Positions 1 through 8,985 of a DNA stretch of 32,000 nt are shown here, in pieces (the first letter of the stretch is position 1; each line of letters opens with the position of its first letter). Where the stretch lies: contig NZ_OZ034918.1 of NCBI RefSeq assembly GCF_964030745.1, forward strand, positions 510,001-542,000, in the 5' to 3' direction. This DNA is from Candidatus Saccharimonadota bacterium. GTDB taxonomy: Bacteria > Bacteroidota > Bacteroidia > Cytophagales > Amoebophilaceae. The translations under genes were made by a program, and so were the position numbers. The notes beneath the pieces were generated by a model. The model did no database searches. It had not been told where the DNA came from and saw nothing but the letters and a program-made list of their open reading frames with translations.

Positions 1-142
1 AAACGCAAAAAGTGGAACAGACAAAAACTCCTCTACAATTCTACAAAGGATAAAAGATTTTTGCAAAAAAAAATACAATAAAAAAAGTAAAAAAAATGAG
101 GGTTTAGATGGTCAAGAAAGGTATGAATTTGGGCAGATAAAA

Positions 143-1432
143 ATGAGTGATGCCCCGTTCAGTCAGGCTATGCCACATCCTGTAGCACCTATCGCTGATG
201 ATAAAAAAAGCGAGATGCTGCTAGATGCATATGAAACAATCAAAACATTTTATGCTTATGACCCTATTGGGCAAGCATGGGTACAAATCCAATCTTTTAA
301 AATTGTAAATGGTACGCATAGTGATGAGCCATTAGATGCAGCCATTGACAGTAGTACTTATATGAACTTTTGGGCATACGATTTGTCCAATCAAACATGG
401 CATAAAGTTAGCCTTACACCTTATTTGCAACAAACCAACACCCAGATAAATAGCCATTCCCCTGCTATTGTTATAAACAAATCAGTTCGGCCTAATCAAA
501 ACAATCCGTTGCATGATGTAGCTGCAGATGCGTTATTGGAAGAATTGCTGGGTGTTCACACATTGATGAAGCTCGATAACCCTGAGCAAAAGCAAAGCAT
601 CTGGTCCAATTTTTCATTGGATTTCAGTATAGGATCTGGTGCTGTTTTTTACAGAAACCGGTTGGAGCAGATGCGTTTGCTCCAAAGGCAAAATCACGAT
701 TACTTTTTTATAACCAACACGAATGAGGTATACAGGCCTAATTGGTTCCACCATACGCTTGACAAAGTGATTGGTTTTGATCAATTTGATCATATAGCGG
801 ATGGCAGTAGCCAAAATGCATCATTTCGAGGCATAGGGTTTGGGATGCCTATTACATTAGGGTTACAATACGTGCTCTGGCAACAATTGCTTATAGGCTT
901 GGGTGCAGAAATAGTCGTTAACGCTACCAACCAACTGGTCCATAATGACGGCCATATTACACATAAGACATACCTTATTGATAAAAAATGGTCCACTCAG
1001 GGAAGATGGTTTGCTAAATGTGGATGGTATGCCTTTAATAATGCAAAACATAGATTTTTTACCGACATACGTTTATGCTATGTCCATCACTCGGGTAATA
1101 AATTTCCTTGGTTGATAACCCTTGGCCCCTATTTATATCACACATTAGCCTATAATTTCGGTTTAGGGTATGAGCAGCAGCTTACAGATTACCTTTCATG
1201 TACTGTGCGTCTTGCTATGGAGCAGCAGAAGTTTAAACAGTTTCCTGATCAACAATCCTATAATATCCATTATAAACAGCCCGCTATTTATTTGCAAGTA
1301 GGGCTCTCTATGCGATTTGCCAAGGACAACCCATCTAATCATTTGAAAAATAAAGAATGCCACGGTAAAAATCATGAACTAGATAGCATAAGCAATCTAG
1401 AAGGCTTACAAGATTTACTAAGTTCAGATTAA
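143..1432 (+). CDS. hypothetical protein; no obvious signal peptide, C-terminal half rich in alternating-hydrophobic beta-strand-like segments
   Basis: 429-aa ATG-initiated ORF and the only long ORF in this stretch. Two similar N-terminal motifs (FYAYDPIGQAW / FWAYDLSNQTW). C-terminal segments such as IGFGMPITLGLQYV, YNFGLGYEQQL and IYLQVGLSMRF. No family recognised. Confidence 0.5.
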   Translation: MSDAPFSQAMPHPVAPIADDKKSEMLLDAYETIKTFYAYDPIGQAWVQIQSFKIVNGTHSDEPLDAAIDSSTYMNFWAYDLSNQTWHKVSLTPYLQQTNTQINSHSPAIVINKSVRPNQNNPLHDVAADALLEELLGVHTLMKLDNPEQKQSIWSNFSLDFSIGSGAVFYRNRLEQMRLLQRQNHDYFFITNTNEVYRPNWFHHTLDKVIGFDQFDHIADGSSQNASFRGIGFGMPITLGLQYVLWQQLLIGLGAEIVVNATNQLVHNDGHITHKTYLIDKKWSTQGRWFAKCGWYAFNNAKHRFFTDIRLCYVHHSGNKFPWLITLGPYLYHTLAYNFGLGYEQQLTDYLSCTVRLAMEQQKFKQFPDQQSYNIHYKQPAIYLQVGLSMRFAKDNPSNHLKNKECHGKNHELDSISNLEGLQDLLSSD

Positions 1433-1621
1433 ATTGTCCTCCATATATATTGCTTATCATTACATTATTTATTATAATTAGATCTAGTTATCTGATATTT
1501 CAGTTTTTCTAACCGTAAGCCTACTGGTTAGGCAAATAATTGGCTTTTTAGTCTCTTTATGTAAAGAGGGATTGGGCAAGGCTGTAACTTTTAAATTATA
1601 TAATTTTTAACCTATTTTGCT

Positions 1622-2896
1622 ATGAAAATTAAAATCGCGTTACTTGGCTTATTTTTTGCCAATAGCATCATACATCCTACATATGCTGACCCATATGCGT
1701 TTGAATTAGAAGAAGACGACCTAGACATATCATCAAGCGTAGAGAAAGATGATCTAACAGCAAAGGAAGCAGAAAAGGATAACCCCAAAGCTGAAAATTT
1801 AATAAAATTAGGCGCTGCTATTACAATGAGCCCTGCTATTGTATACCAAGATAAGGCACTTACGACTAAGAATGGTGTGGGCGCACAGTTAAAATTCACT
1901 GCAGCTGTGCCAAAAGCTTTGTGTAACAAAGATGCAGCAGTCGATATAGGTGCTGGTTGGAATGAGAAAAGTTTCACCATTAAAAATGCTACTGTAGCGA
2001 TTGGAGAGCGGGTAACAATGGGCTATACTTCTAGTATCTTTGGTTACGAAAAAGCAGATCCTTCTTTACTTATATCTGCTACAGCAAGTACGTTACAAAT
2101 AAAGTATGAGTATACTTTTGATTGGTTCCGCTTTGGGTATGCCCTTGAAAGAGCCATGCCACTACACCCAGGATTGTTTAACAAAAACAATGTCAATGGA
2201 CAACAATACAATACAAAAGAAGAAGGTGCAAACAGTGCCATTCAATTGGATGATTTAAAAAATAAAGACCGTCCTTTTAAAGCCAAGAATAGTTTTCCAG
2301 CCTTTGGTATTAATCTAGGTGTGGTGATGGATGAGTTGAATATTGGCCTAAGTGCTTTAGGGCGTTGCACCGATTATACACATAGCAGTCATTCTAATGA
2401 GAAAAACTTGCCAAATATTCATTATGTTACCTATGGCGGACATTTTGGCGTTCAGTATCAAGTGGTTCCCAAAAAATTTACAGCTACAGGGCAGGGTGTT
2501 TATGTACATGGTTTAGGTGATTACCTATCAGGTCTTTCAGCCATTCAAAGTGATGAAACACGTAAAGAAATGTGTGCAGTCTACTATATAGACCAGGACA
2601 AAGATAGGTTATATGCTATAGATGCTTGGGGATTTGGAGGTACGTTAGAGTACTGCGCAACGCCTAAATGGACACTATCCATCAGGGGCTCTTTCCTTAC
2701 AACTGGAGATGATCTACACAAACCAGCTCAAGCCTTTCATAGTCAGTGGAATTTAGTTCCGAAAGTTGCCTATGCAATCAATAAATATTTGACCCTTTCT
2801 GGTGGATATAGCCTGGTAAAAGAGTTGAAGGTAGAGGAACAACAAAATAAAGGCATGGAGCATAAGTTTTCTGGAGGTATAAAATTTAGCTTATAA
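1622..2896 (+). CDS. putative outer-membrane beta-barrel (porin-like) protein with signal peptide
   Basis: N-terminal signal peptide MKIKIALLGLFFANSIIHPTYA, followed by an acidic linker (EEDDLDISSSVEKDD). Repeated amphipathic strands and an aromatic C-terminal strand (GGIKFSL) typical of OM barrels. A strong hairpin follows the gene. Confidence 0.6.
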   Translation: MKIKIALLGLFFANSIIHPTYADPYAFELEEDDLDISSSVEKDDLTAKEAEKDNPKAENLIKLGAAITMSPAIVYQDKALTTKNGVGAQLKFTAAVPKALCNKDAAVDIGAGWNEKSFTIKNATVAIGERVTMGYTSSIFGYEKADPSLLISATASTLQIKYEYTFDWFRFGYALERAMPLHPGLFNKNNVNGQQYNTKEEGANSAIQLDDLKNKDRPFKAKNSFPAFGINLGVVMDELNIGLSALGRCTDYTHSSHSNEKNLPNIHYVTYGGHFGVQYQVVPKKFTATGQGVYVHGLGDYLSGLSAIQSDETRKEMCAVYYIDQDKDRLYAIDAWGFGGTLEYCATPKWTLSIRGSFLTTGDDLHKPAQAFHSQWNLVPKVAYAINKYLTLSGGYSLVKELKVEEQQNKGMEHKFSGGIKFSL

Positions 2897-2944
2897 AATT
2901 TGCTTAGACTAGATATTTTTCAAAATATTGTTTACATTCAACTG

Positions 2945-2986
2945 CCCCTAGCTGCAATGTATGGTTAAACACCATTGCAGTAGGGG
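2945..2986 (+). terminator. stem-loop, likely intrinsic terminator of the porin-like gene
   Basis: cccctagctgcaatg / ccattgcagtagggg form 14 bp with one bulge and a 12-nt loop. It lies 49 nt after the stop and is followed by a T-rich stretch (tattgtataataattt). Confidence 0.5.
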
Positions 2987-3053
2987 TATTGTATAATAAT
3001 TTAGACAGCTTCTACCTATATTGGGAAGAAGTTGAATTTGAATAAATAACTAG

Positions 3054-3752
3054 ATGAACATGCATGAAAAAAAAGTAAAAGCAGCTATTGTTTTGAGTCT
3101 CGGCTTAATAGCCAGTAGTATTATTTTTAGTTTAGCTTTTTGGTATACCCGTTCAGGAGCGACAACATATATTAATGTAAAAGGGCTTGCAGAAAGAGAG
3201 GTGGATGCCACTATAGGCATATGGTCTGTTAAGTTTGAGTCATCGGGTAATGATTTAAATCAGGTAAATGCACAAATTAAAAAGCAAACAACTACCTTAA
3301 TTAACTTTCTTAGCGAGCAGGGATTTACAGATAAAGAAATCATATATGGTCATGCTTACTTGGATGACCGTTCGAAGTACAATGACGCAGACAAGCGTCT
3401 AAAGTACTCAGCAGAAATGGAAGTGACCATCCATTCGCCAAAGGTTTCTTTACTATATGCAACAGTACAAAAGTCACAAGAAATTATACAAAAAGGTGTT
3501 TTCTTAGTTGGTAGTAGATGGGATCGTGGGTTGCGATTTATCTTTACAGATTTAAATACTATTAAGCCATCTATGATTCAAGAGGCTACTATAAATGCAA
3601 AAAAGGCTGCTCAACAATTGGCTAGCGACTCAGCTGTACGTTTAGGCATGTTGCGTAAAGCCTCTCAAGGCTCTTTTTCCATAGAAGATACCGATGTACC
3701 TACTAGAAAAAAGGTTCGTGTAGTCACTCAAATGGAGTATGCTATTCAATAA
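3054..3752 (+). CDS. SIMPL (DUF541/YggE-like) domain protein with N-terminal membrane anchor
   Basis: 232 aa with an N-terminal TM segment (AAIVLSLGLIASSIIFSLAFW). The layout resembles SIMPL/YggE proteins: INVKGLAEREVDATIGIWSVKFES early, and a C-terminal INAKKAAQQLASDSAVRLGML...SFSIED. Recognised by pattern only. Confidence 0.65.
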   Translation: MNMHEKKVKAAIVLSLGLIASSIIFSLAFWYTRSGATTYINVKGLAEREVDATIGIWSVKFESSGNDLNQVNAQIKKQTTTLINFLSEQGFTDKEIIYGHAYLDDRSKYNDADKRLKYSAEMEVTIHSPKVSLLYATVQKSQEIIQKGVFLVGSRWDRGLRFIFTDLNTIKPSMIQEATINAKKAAQQLASDSAVRLGMLRKASQGSFSIEDTDVPTRKKVRVVTQMEYAIQ

Positions 3753-3764
3753 GCGTATAGAGCC

Positions 3765-3950
3765 CATCCCTTGCAAATGATTAGGAAAAACAGATTCCTT
3801 TGCAGCCTGCACAACGGGCGACTTCTTTTTTTCCATCTGTAAGGGGTAGGCTCCCCCAAATTTTTACCGAAGGCTTGATGTTTTGTCCACTTTCTTATCA
3901 AGAATAAAGTAGGATAAAATCCATTATTAACCAGTGACGCGAACAGATAC
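3765..3950. repeat. ~186-bp structured intergenic repeat, copy A (degenerate hairpins)
   Basis: Aligns end to end with 18253..18437 in the same orientation, with scattered substitutions and a few 1-2-nt indels (identity not counted). It fills the gap between the SIMPL stop and the cvpA start. Confidence 0.85.
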
Positions 3951-3987
3951 GTTTCAAAAGAGGTTTATTGATGCTAATCAAATTCAT

Positions 3988-4530
3988 ATGAATGGACTTG
4001 ACATTTTACTGATGATACCACTTATTTGGGGGGGCTATAATGGCCTTAAAAAGGGCTTTGTTGTGGAGCTGATTTCATCTTTACTATTGATATTGGGCTG
4101 TATCAAAGGAGTAACCTTATTTTACACCCTACTACCTATTGTAGAGCACAAACTACCTGCCTTAGCTGCTATTCTGCCCACTTCCTTGGCACTGCTCATG
4201 CTTTTCATAGGGGGCTTGGTGATTTATTTTTTAACAAAACTGATTAGAGAAGTTGTAGTGATTAGCTTTCTAGGCATATTTGATAACATGCTAGGAGGGC
4301 TATTTGGGCTATGCAAAGTGGCATTTTTTATCAGTTTATTGATTTATTTTTGGGGGTGTGTAGGGCTGAGTGCCTTTTCCAGTATCTATACAGACCATAG
4401 TCTTCTATTTCCGCTTCTAGAGCCTATTGTTCCAAAAATTTTACAATCCTGCACCTCCATGCATAGCCTTTATCCATTCAAACAGTGGTGTCAGCTTAAG
4501 GGTGATAGCCTGACCAAATCCAAGCCATAA
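3988..4530 (+). CDS. cvpA: CvpA-family (colicin V production) integral membrane protein
   Basis: Starting at ATG 3988 gives MNGLDILLMIPLIWGGYNGLKKGFVVELISSL, a typical CvpA N-terminus, followed by 4 TM segments. The GTG at 3934 in the ORF track lies inside the repeat and is unlikely to be the start. Confidence 0.75.
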   Translation: MNGLDILLMIPLIWGGYNGLKKGFVVELISSLLLILGCIKGVTLFYTLLPIVEHKLPALAAILPTSLALLMLFIGGLVIYFLTKLIREVVVISFLGIFDNMLGGLFGLCKVAFFISLLIYFWGCVGLSAFSSIYTDHSLLFPLLEPIVPKILQSCTSMHSLYPFKQWCQLKGDSLTKSKP

Positions 4531-4532
4531 AG

Positions 4533-6350
4533 TTAATAATGCGATTTAGCCGCCCTCTTACGCGCATTGGGATCTAATACCGCTTTGCGTAAGCGAATCG
4601 ATTGTGGAGTCACTTCTACCCGCTCATCATCCTTGATATAAGTAATGGCTTCTTCTAATGTCATCACAACAGGAGGGCTTAACCGAATGGATTCGTCTGA
4701 GCTTGACGCACGCATATTGGTAAGCTGTTTCCCTTTTAACAAGTTCACTTCTAAGTCATTATCTCTATTGTGCTCTCCCACAATCATTCCACCATAAACC
4801 TTTTCGCCTGCACCGATAAACATTTTACCCCGGTCGGCTAAATTAAATAGTGCATATGCCACTGCATCACCCATTCCCATAGCAATCAGCACCCCATTGC
4901 GCCGCCCAGCAATCGTGCCACGATAAGTACCGTAACTATGAAAGCTCCTGTTCATAATACCTGTACCCCTAGTTTCAGTAAGAAAAGCGCCATAATAACC
5001 AATTAAACCACGTGATGGACCAACAAAAATGATACGTGTTTTGCCACCTCCCATTGGACGGAGGTCCCTCATTTCTGCTTTACGCAAACTCATGGATTCA
5101 ATGACAGATCCTGAAAATGCATCATCTACTTCTATCTGAATTTCTTCTAGTGGTTCTAGCTTTTCACCATTATCCCCTAGCTTAATCAATACACGCGGCC
5201 TGCTAATGGAAAGCTCAAACCCTTCTCTTCTCATTGTTTCTATTAATACACCCAACTGTAATTCACCCCGTCCAGCTACTTCAAAAGAATCCTTATTAGG
5301 ACTTTCGGTTACTTGAATAGATACATTTGATTCCAACTCACGCATGAGCCTATCCCGTATGGCATTAAAGGTAACTTTACTACCTTCTGTTCCAGCTAGT
5401 GGAGAATCATTAACGGAAAAGTTAATGGCCAATGTAGGTGGGTCTATAGGAAGGGCAGGTAGGGATTGCATCACAGTAGGCGCGCAAATGGTGTCTGCTA
5501 CGTTAGCCCGTTGCATGCCTGCAATAGCAACAATATCACCAGCATATGCCGTGTCAATGGGTACATGTTCCATACCACGGAAAGCCATAATTTTTGTCAC
5601 CTTGCCATTTTCGATTACCGAATTGTCCTTGTTGAGCGCTTTGATAGCTTGTTGGACCTTTACACTCCCTGTGAAGATTCGCCCTGTCAACATCCGACCT
5701 AGATAAGAATCATATTCCCTTGCCGTTATAAGCATTGAAAAATCACTATCTAAGTCAACGGTTGGAGCCGGTACATGTTCTAGGATTAGATCAAATAAAG
5801 GAGATAGATCTTTCCGTTCTCCGTCTAATGTTCTACTAGCCCAACCTGACCGTCCAGAAGCATAGACAATAGGAAAGTTAAATTGTGCTTCTGTAGCGTC
5901 AAGTGCCATAAACAGCTCTAAGACTTCATCTTCCACTTCAGCTACACGCGCATCTGCACGATCAATTTTATTGATTACTACAATAGGCCGTAATCCCAAA
6001 TTTAATGCTTTACTTAAAACAAATTTGGTTTGGGGCATCGTCCCTTCTGCTGCGTCTACTAATAAGACCACGCCATCTACCATGCTTAGGATGCGCTCTA
6101 CCTCCCCACCAAAGTCAGCATGACCAGGTGTATCAACAATGTTGATACGGGTCTCTTTCCAAATTAAAGAGGTACACTTGGCTAGAATCGTAATGCCACG
6201 TTCTCTCTCTAAATCATTGGAATCCATAACCCGTTCTGCTACTTCTTGATGGGCTCTAAAGGTTCCACTTTGCTTTAATAAATTGTCTAATAAGGTTGTT
6301 TTTCCGTGGTCTACGTGTGCTATAATGGCAATATTACGTAATGGTTGCAT
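4533..6350 (-). CDS. typA: translational GTPase TypA/BipA
   Basis: 605 aa. G1 motif [15 protein letters not shown], plus [12 protein letters not shown] and NKIDR. The full-length EF-G-like architecture and C-terminal domain are typical of BipA. Confidence 0.97.
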   Translation of the reverse strand: MQPLRNIAIIAHVDHGKTTLLDNLLKQSGTFRAHQEVAERVMDSNDLERERGITILAKCTSLIWKETRINIVDTPGHADFGGEVERILSMVDGVVLLVDAAEGTMPQTKFVLSKALNLGLRPIVVINKIDRADARVAEVEDEVLELFMALDATEAQFNFPIVYASGRSGWASRTLDGERKDLSPLFDLILEHVPAPTVDLDSDFSMLITAREYDSYLGRMLTGRIFTGSVKVQQAIKALNKDNSVIENGKVTKIMAFRGMEHVPIDTAYAGDIVAIAGMQRANVADTICAPTVMQSLPALPIDPPTLAINFSVNDSPLAGTEGSKVTFNAIRDRLMRELESNVSIQVTESPNKDSFEVAGRGELQLGVLIETMRREGFELSISRPRVLIKLGDNGEKLEPLEEIQIEVDDAFSGSVIESMSLRKAEMRDLRPMGGGKTRIIFVGPSRGLIGYYGAFLTETRGTGIMNRSFHSYGTYRGTIAGRRNGVLIAMGMGDAVAYALFNLADRGKMFIGAGEKVYGGMIVGEHNRDNDLEVNLLKGKQLTNMRASSSDESIRLSPPVVMTLEEAITYIKDDERVEVTPQSIRLRKAVLDPNARKRAAKSHY

Positions 6351-6395
6351 GAAATATGTTAATTTAACGAAGCTATTATTTTGGAACTTATGGCA

Positions 6396-7103
6396 TTACA
6401 GCATTCCTGCATCGGAAAAACTGAAGTATTTTCTGTCTGTAAATATAATATGATCTAACACCGCTACATCAAGTAGCTCCCCAGCTCTTATAAGTGTTTT
6501 GGTTAATTCAATATCAGTAGTGCTTGGAGTAGTATTGCCCGAAGGATGGTTATGCGCTAATATAATGGAAACAGCCTGATGGTCCAGCACCAGTCTAAAT
6601 AGAAATCTAGCATCTACAATGGTTCTACTTGTACCCCCACTACTAATTTTTAATTTTTTGATTAAATAATTTGCTCTATTGAGCAATAAGACCCAAAACT
6701 CTTCTACTGATTTATCGGTTAGATCTGGCTGCAATACCCTATAGGCTTTAGCAGAGCTGTTAATCAATTCTTTTTTATGGACAGGCTCATAGGCCCGCCT
6801 ACGTGTAAGCTCCATAGCACAGACAATAGCAATCGCTTTTGCTTCCCCTATCCCTCTAAATCGCTGCAATTCCTGGACAGAACGTTTGGCCAGTTCTTGT
6901 AGACTATTGCCATAGGCTTTTAAGATATGCTGTGCCAATACTACAACACTCATGTTGCGCGTACCAGATCCTATAAGCACAGCTAAAAGTTCTGCATCGG
7001 TTAAATTAGAGGCTCCTTGGCGCAATAGTTTTTCTCTTGGCCGGTCCTCTGGTGCCCAGTCTTGGATTTTTAGCGGAGCGGTTGCATATATCTCCCGTGC
7101 CAT
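6396..7103 (-). CDS. radC: RadC-family JAB/MPN domain protein
   Basis: 235 aa. Helix-hairpin-helix motif (FRGIGEAKAIAI) and JAMM motif (ILAHNHPSGNTTPSTTD). Confidence 0.92.
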   Translation of the reverse strand: MAREIYATAPLKIQDWAPEDRPREKLLRQGASNLTDAELLAVLIGSGTRNMSVVVLAQHILKAYGNSLQELAKRSVQELQRFRGIGEAKAIAIVCAMELTRRRAYEPVHKKELINSSAKAYRVLQPDLTDKSVEEFWVLLLNRANYLIKKLKISSGGTSRTIVDARFLFRLVLDHQAVSIILAHNHPSGNTTPSTTDIELTKTLIRAGELLDVAVLDHIIFTDRKYFSFSDAGML

Positions 7104-7119
7104 ATCACTTATGCTATTT

Positions 7120-7386
7120 TTAGGCCACAGCTATAGTGAGCCGATTTACATGCTTGGCAAGCTTAGCTTTACTGTTGGCACTTTTATTTTTGTGCACTAT
7201 GTTTTTTGCTGCAAGCTTATCTAACATAGAAAAAACCTTAGGTAGTAACTGTTCTGCAGCGGCTTTATCTGTACACTTACTAACCTTTTTCATAAAAGTT
7301 CTACATGTTTTTAACTGATAACGATTGCGAAGGTACTTGGTACGGTTCGATCTTATGCGTTTTTCAGCGGATGGATGGTTTGCCAT
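7120..7386 (-). CDS. rpsT: 30S ribosomal protein S20
   Basis: The internal ATG at 7386 gives an 88-aa protein beginning MANHPSAEKRIRSNRTKYLRNR, the canonical S20 N-terminus. The longer ORF-track start at 7512 adds 42 non-homologous residues. Confidence 0.93.
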   Translation of the reverse strand: MANHPSAEKRIRSNRTKYLRNRYQLKTCRTFMKKVSKCTDKAAAEQLLPKVFSMLDKLAAKNIVHKNKSANSKAKLAKHVNRLTIAVA

Positions 7387-7406
7387 GTAAATATAATTGA
7401 ATGAAG

Positions 7407-7414
7407 CAAATATA
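7407..7414 (-). promoter_or_regulatory. candidate Bacteroidota-type -7 promoter box (TAnnTTTG) for rpsT
   Basis: An exact TATATTTG on the minus strand ends 20 nt upstream of the rpsT ATG. No convincing -33 TTG was seen, so support is weak. Confidence 0.3.
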
Positions 7415-7617
7415 AAATTTAATTGTATTGAACAGGCTTCTTTTGAAGCGCGCTTATGCTCAGGAATTTGTAGGAGGCACAACGGGCAAAAGCGTAGCGT
7501 ATTGGTATACACAAGGCTTTAAACACCAGGGCAGTATACAAATTGCCATCAGCAGCAGCGTTTAAAAAGAGACCTAATGCAAGATACTACTTTTTTATAT
7601 ACTATTCAATCATTGGA

Positions 7618-8910
7618 TTACCATGATAGGCCCAACCGAAGTCCTGGTATTTCTTGAGAGCGAGCGCTGATACCTACAAAGAAACGCTCTGTAAGCATAT
7701 ACTGTAGATTTATAGAAAAACTCCCCCTTTTTTTCAACAGATTGGATAGTCCACCCTTATTGGGGATTTGTATGGCGGGTTTTTTTGACTCAGTAATTGC
7801 ACAGCCTAGCTGTAGCTGCAACAAGCAACATCCATAACGTATCTCATAGCCTAATAAGGCGGTAGCTTCTACACCTCCTCCTGCTAGCATGTTGGTTAAC
7901 AACGCTTTTTTATACCAGCTGTAGCCTAGCTCTATGGAGGATAATAGGGCATTATTATGGTTAATAGCAAAACTAAATAATGAAGATCCCCTAAAAATCA
8001 AATGGTATTTTTTGGTTGATGGTAGATACCTACTGCTGCCACCTATACTACAATCTACTCTACTGCTTTTCCGTTTTCTATAATGGATCGGACGATCAAC
8101 CAATTTCCAAAAAGGTTGTGTATGGATCACATATCGTATACCTATAGTGACTATAGGTGCCAATTTGAATATAATGGAAGCATTGTCTAACTCCCTGAAA
8201 GGTTGCCTATTGCCATGCAGCTGATCGGTTTCATTGGTTTGATGCTGCTTAGACCTATGTTGTCCCTTGTTAGGCCAGCCATTGATCAACAGCCCCATAC
8301 AAAGGTTAAGTTGCCAAGAGGGGGTACATGCCCAATGATAGGTAACTTCTTCTATAGATAAAAAACTATAGTTGGGCTGATCCTTTTTTTGTGTACATAT
8401 ACTGCCCTTTATGGCACCCATACTGATCCTGTTCCCCCATGTAGACAGAGTGGGATGGGTCTGATATAGCTCCATATAAGCCAAAATCCCCCATATGCTA
8501 GGAAATCTAACCTGCTTTCCTTTGTGAAACCCATAGGGCATGAAAAAGGATAAGCCAATTCTTGGATAGGATTCAAGTTGAGTAGCAAAAAAGGCATTGA
8601 CATATAAAATATCTATATCAATGGTAGTGGGGATAACTATTAATGGCTTTTCATTAGAAGCAGGTTGTATTGTATCAGTGGTATGGCGATCCATATCCTT
8701 ATGCACCATCCCTCCAGTACGTAACTGTATAGAGCGTGGATAGGGATACCAAGTCGGGTCCATAGCAGTTGGCAATGTGGCCATATGACTGTTAGCTTGC
8801 CCAGCAGCTTTTGTTACAAAAGGCAATAACCAAGTTATAAACAAAAAAAAACGTAATATATATTGGTTCGTTGGGTTCAAAGGAATATACATTAAAAATG
8901 AATGGAGCAA
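7618..8910 (-). CDS. hypothetical secreted/outer-membrane protein
   Basis: 430-aa ORF. Hydrophobic N-terminus (ILRFFLFITWLLPFVTKAAGQ) consistent with a signal peptide. Beta-strand-like segments and a C-terminal ...GLRLGLSW. The start may be the second Met at 8892. Family not recognised. Confidence 0.5.
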   Translation of the reverse strand: MLHSFLMYIPLNPTNQYILRFFLFITWLLPFVTKAAGQANSHMATLPTAMDPTWYPYPRSIQLRTGGMVHKDMDRHTTDTIQPASNEKPLIVIPTTIDIDILYVNAFFATQLESYPRIGLSFFMPYGFHKGKQVRFPSIWGILAYMELYQTHPTLSTWGNRISMGAIKGSICTQKKDQPNYSFLSIEEVTYHWACTPSWQLNLCMGLLINGWPNKGQHRSKQHQTNETDQLHGNRQPFRELDNASIIFKLAPIVTIGIRYVIHTQPFWKLVDRPIHYRKRKSSRVDCSIGGSSRYLPSTKKYHLIFRGSSLFSFAINHNNALLSSIELGYSWYKKALLTNMLAGGGVEATALLGYEIRYGCCLLQLQLGCAITESKKPAIQIPNKGGLSNLLKKRGSFSINLQYMLTERFFVGISARSQEIPGLRLGLSW

Positions 8911-8985
8911 CTGCCTTATAAAAAATATGTTCCTGATATGCTCCTGACATCAAAGCAATATAGGAAGATTTTTTTTGTTCAAAAA

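Noticed and set aside
1-30. Possible tail of another repeat copy at the left window edge (caaaaagtggaaca matches aaaaaagtggaaca of copy B)
   Set aside because: Only about 13 nt match and the flanks do not align. This cannot be evaluated without the upstream sequence.
3642-3836. Small minus-strand ORFs MEKKKSPVVQAAKESVFPNHLQGM... here and MEKQKSPAARASKESVFPNHLQGM... at 18118..18324
   Set aside because: They lie inside the two repeat copies. Differences between the copies are mostly non-synonymous and the ORFs run out of the repeat into unrelated sequence, so the similarity reflects DNA repeat conservation and not a conserved peptide.
3934-3987. GTG-initiated extension of cvpA (MTRTDTFQKRFIDANQIH)
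   Set aside because: It overlaps the end of the 186-bp repeat, and the CvpA-like sequence starts at the ATG at 3988.
5344-5706. Antisense or overlapping ORFs of 60-134 aa inside typA, obg (20710..20973, 20741..20941), adk (21123..21527), mreB, lpxH, glyQS, murE, ftsI and others in the track
   Set aside because: All lie within confidently identified conserved genes on the opposite strand or in another frame, with no recognisable motifs. The Pro-rich 20710..20973 ORF is only the mirror of the Gly-rich Obg N-terminal domain.
7387-7512. Upstream extension of the rpsT ORF (MYTNTLRFCPLCLL...)
   Set aside because: S20 homology begins exactly at the internal Met (MANHPSAEKR). The extension overlaps repeat-like intergenic sequence and the candidate promoter.
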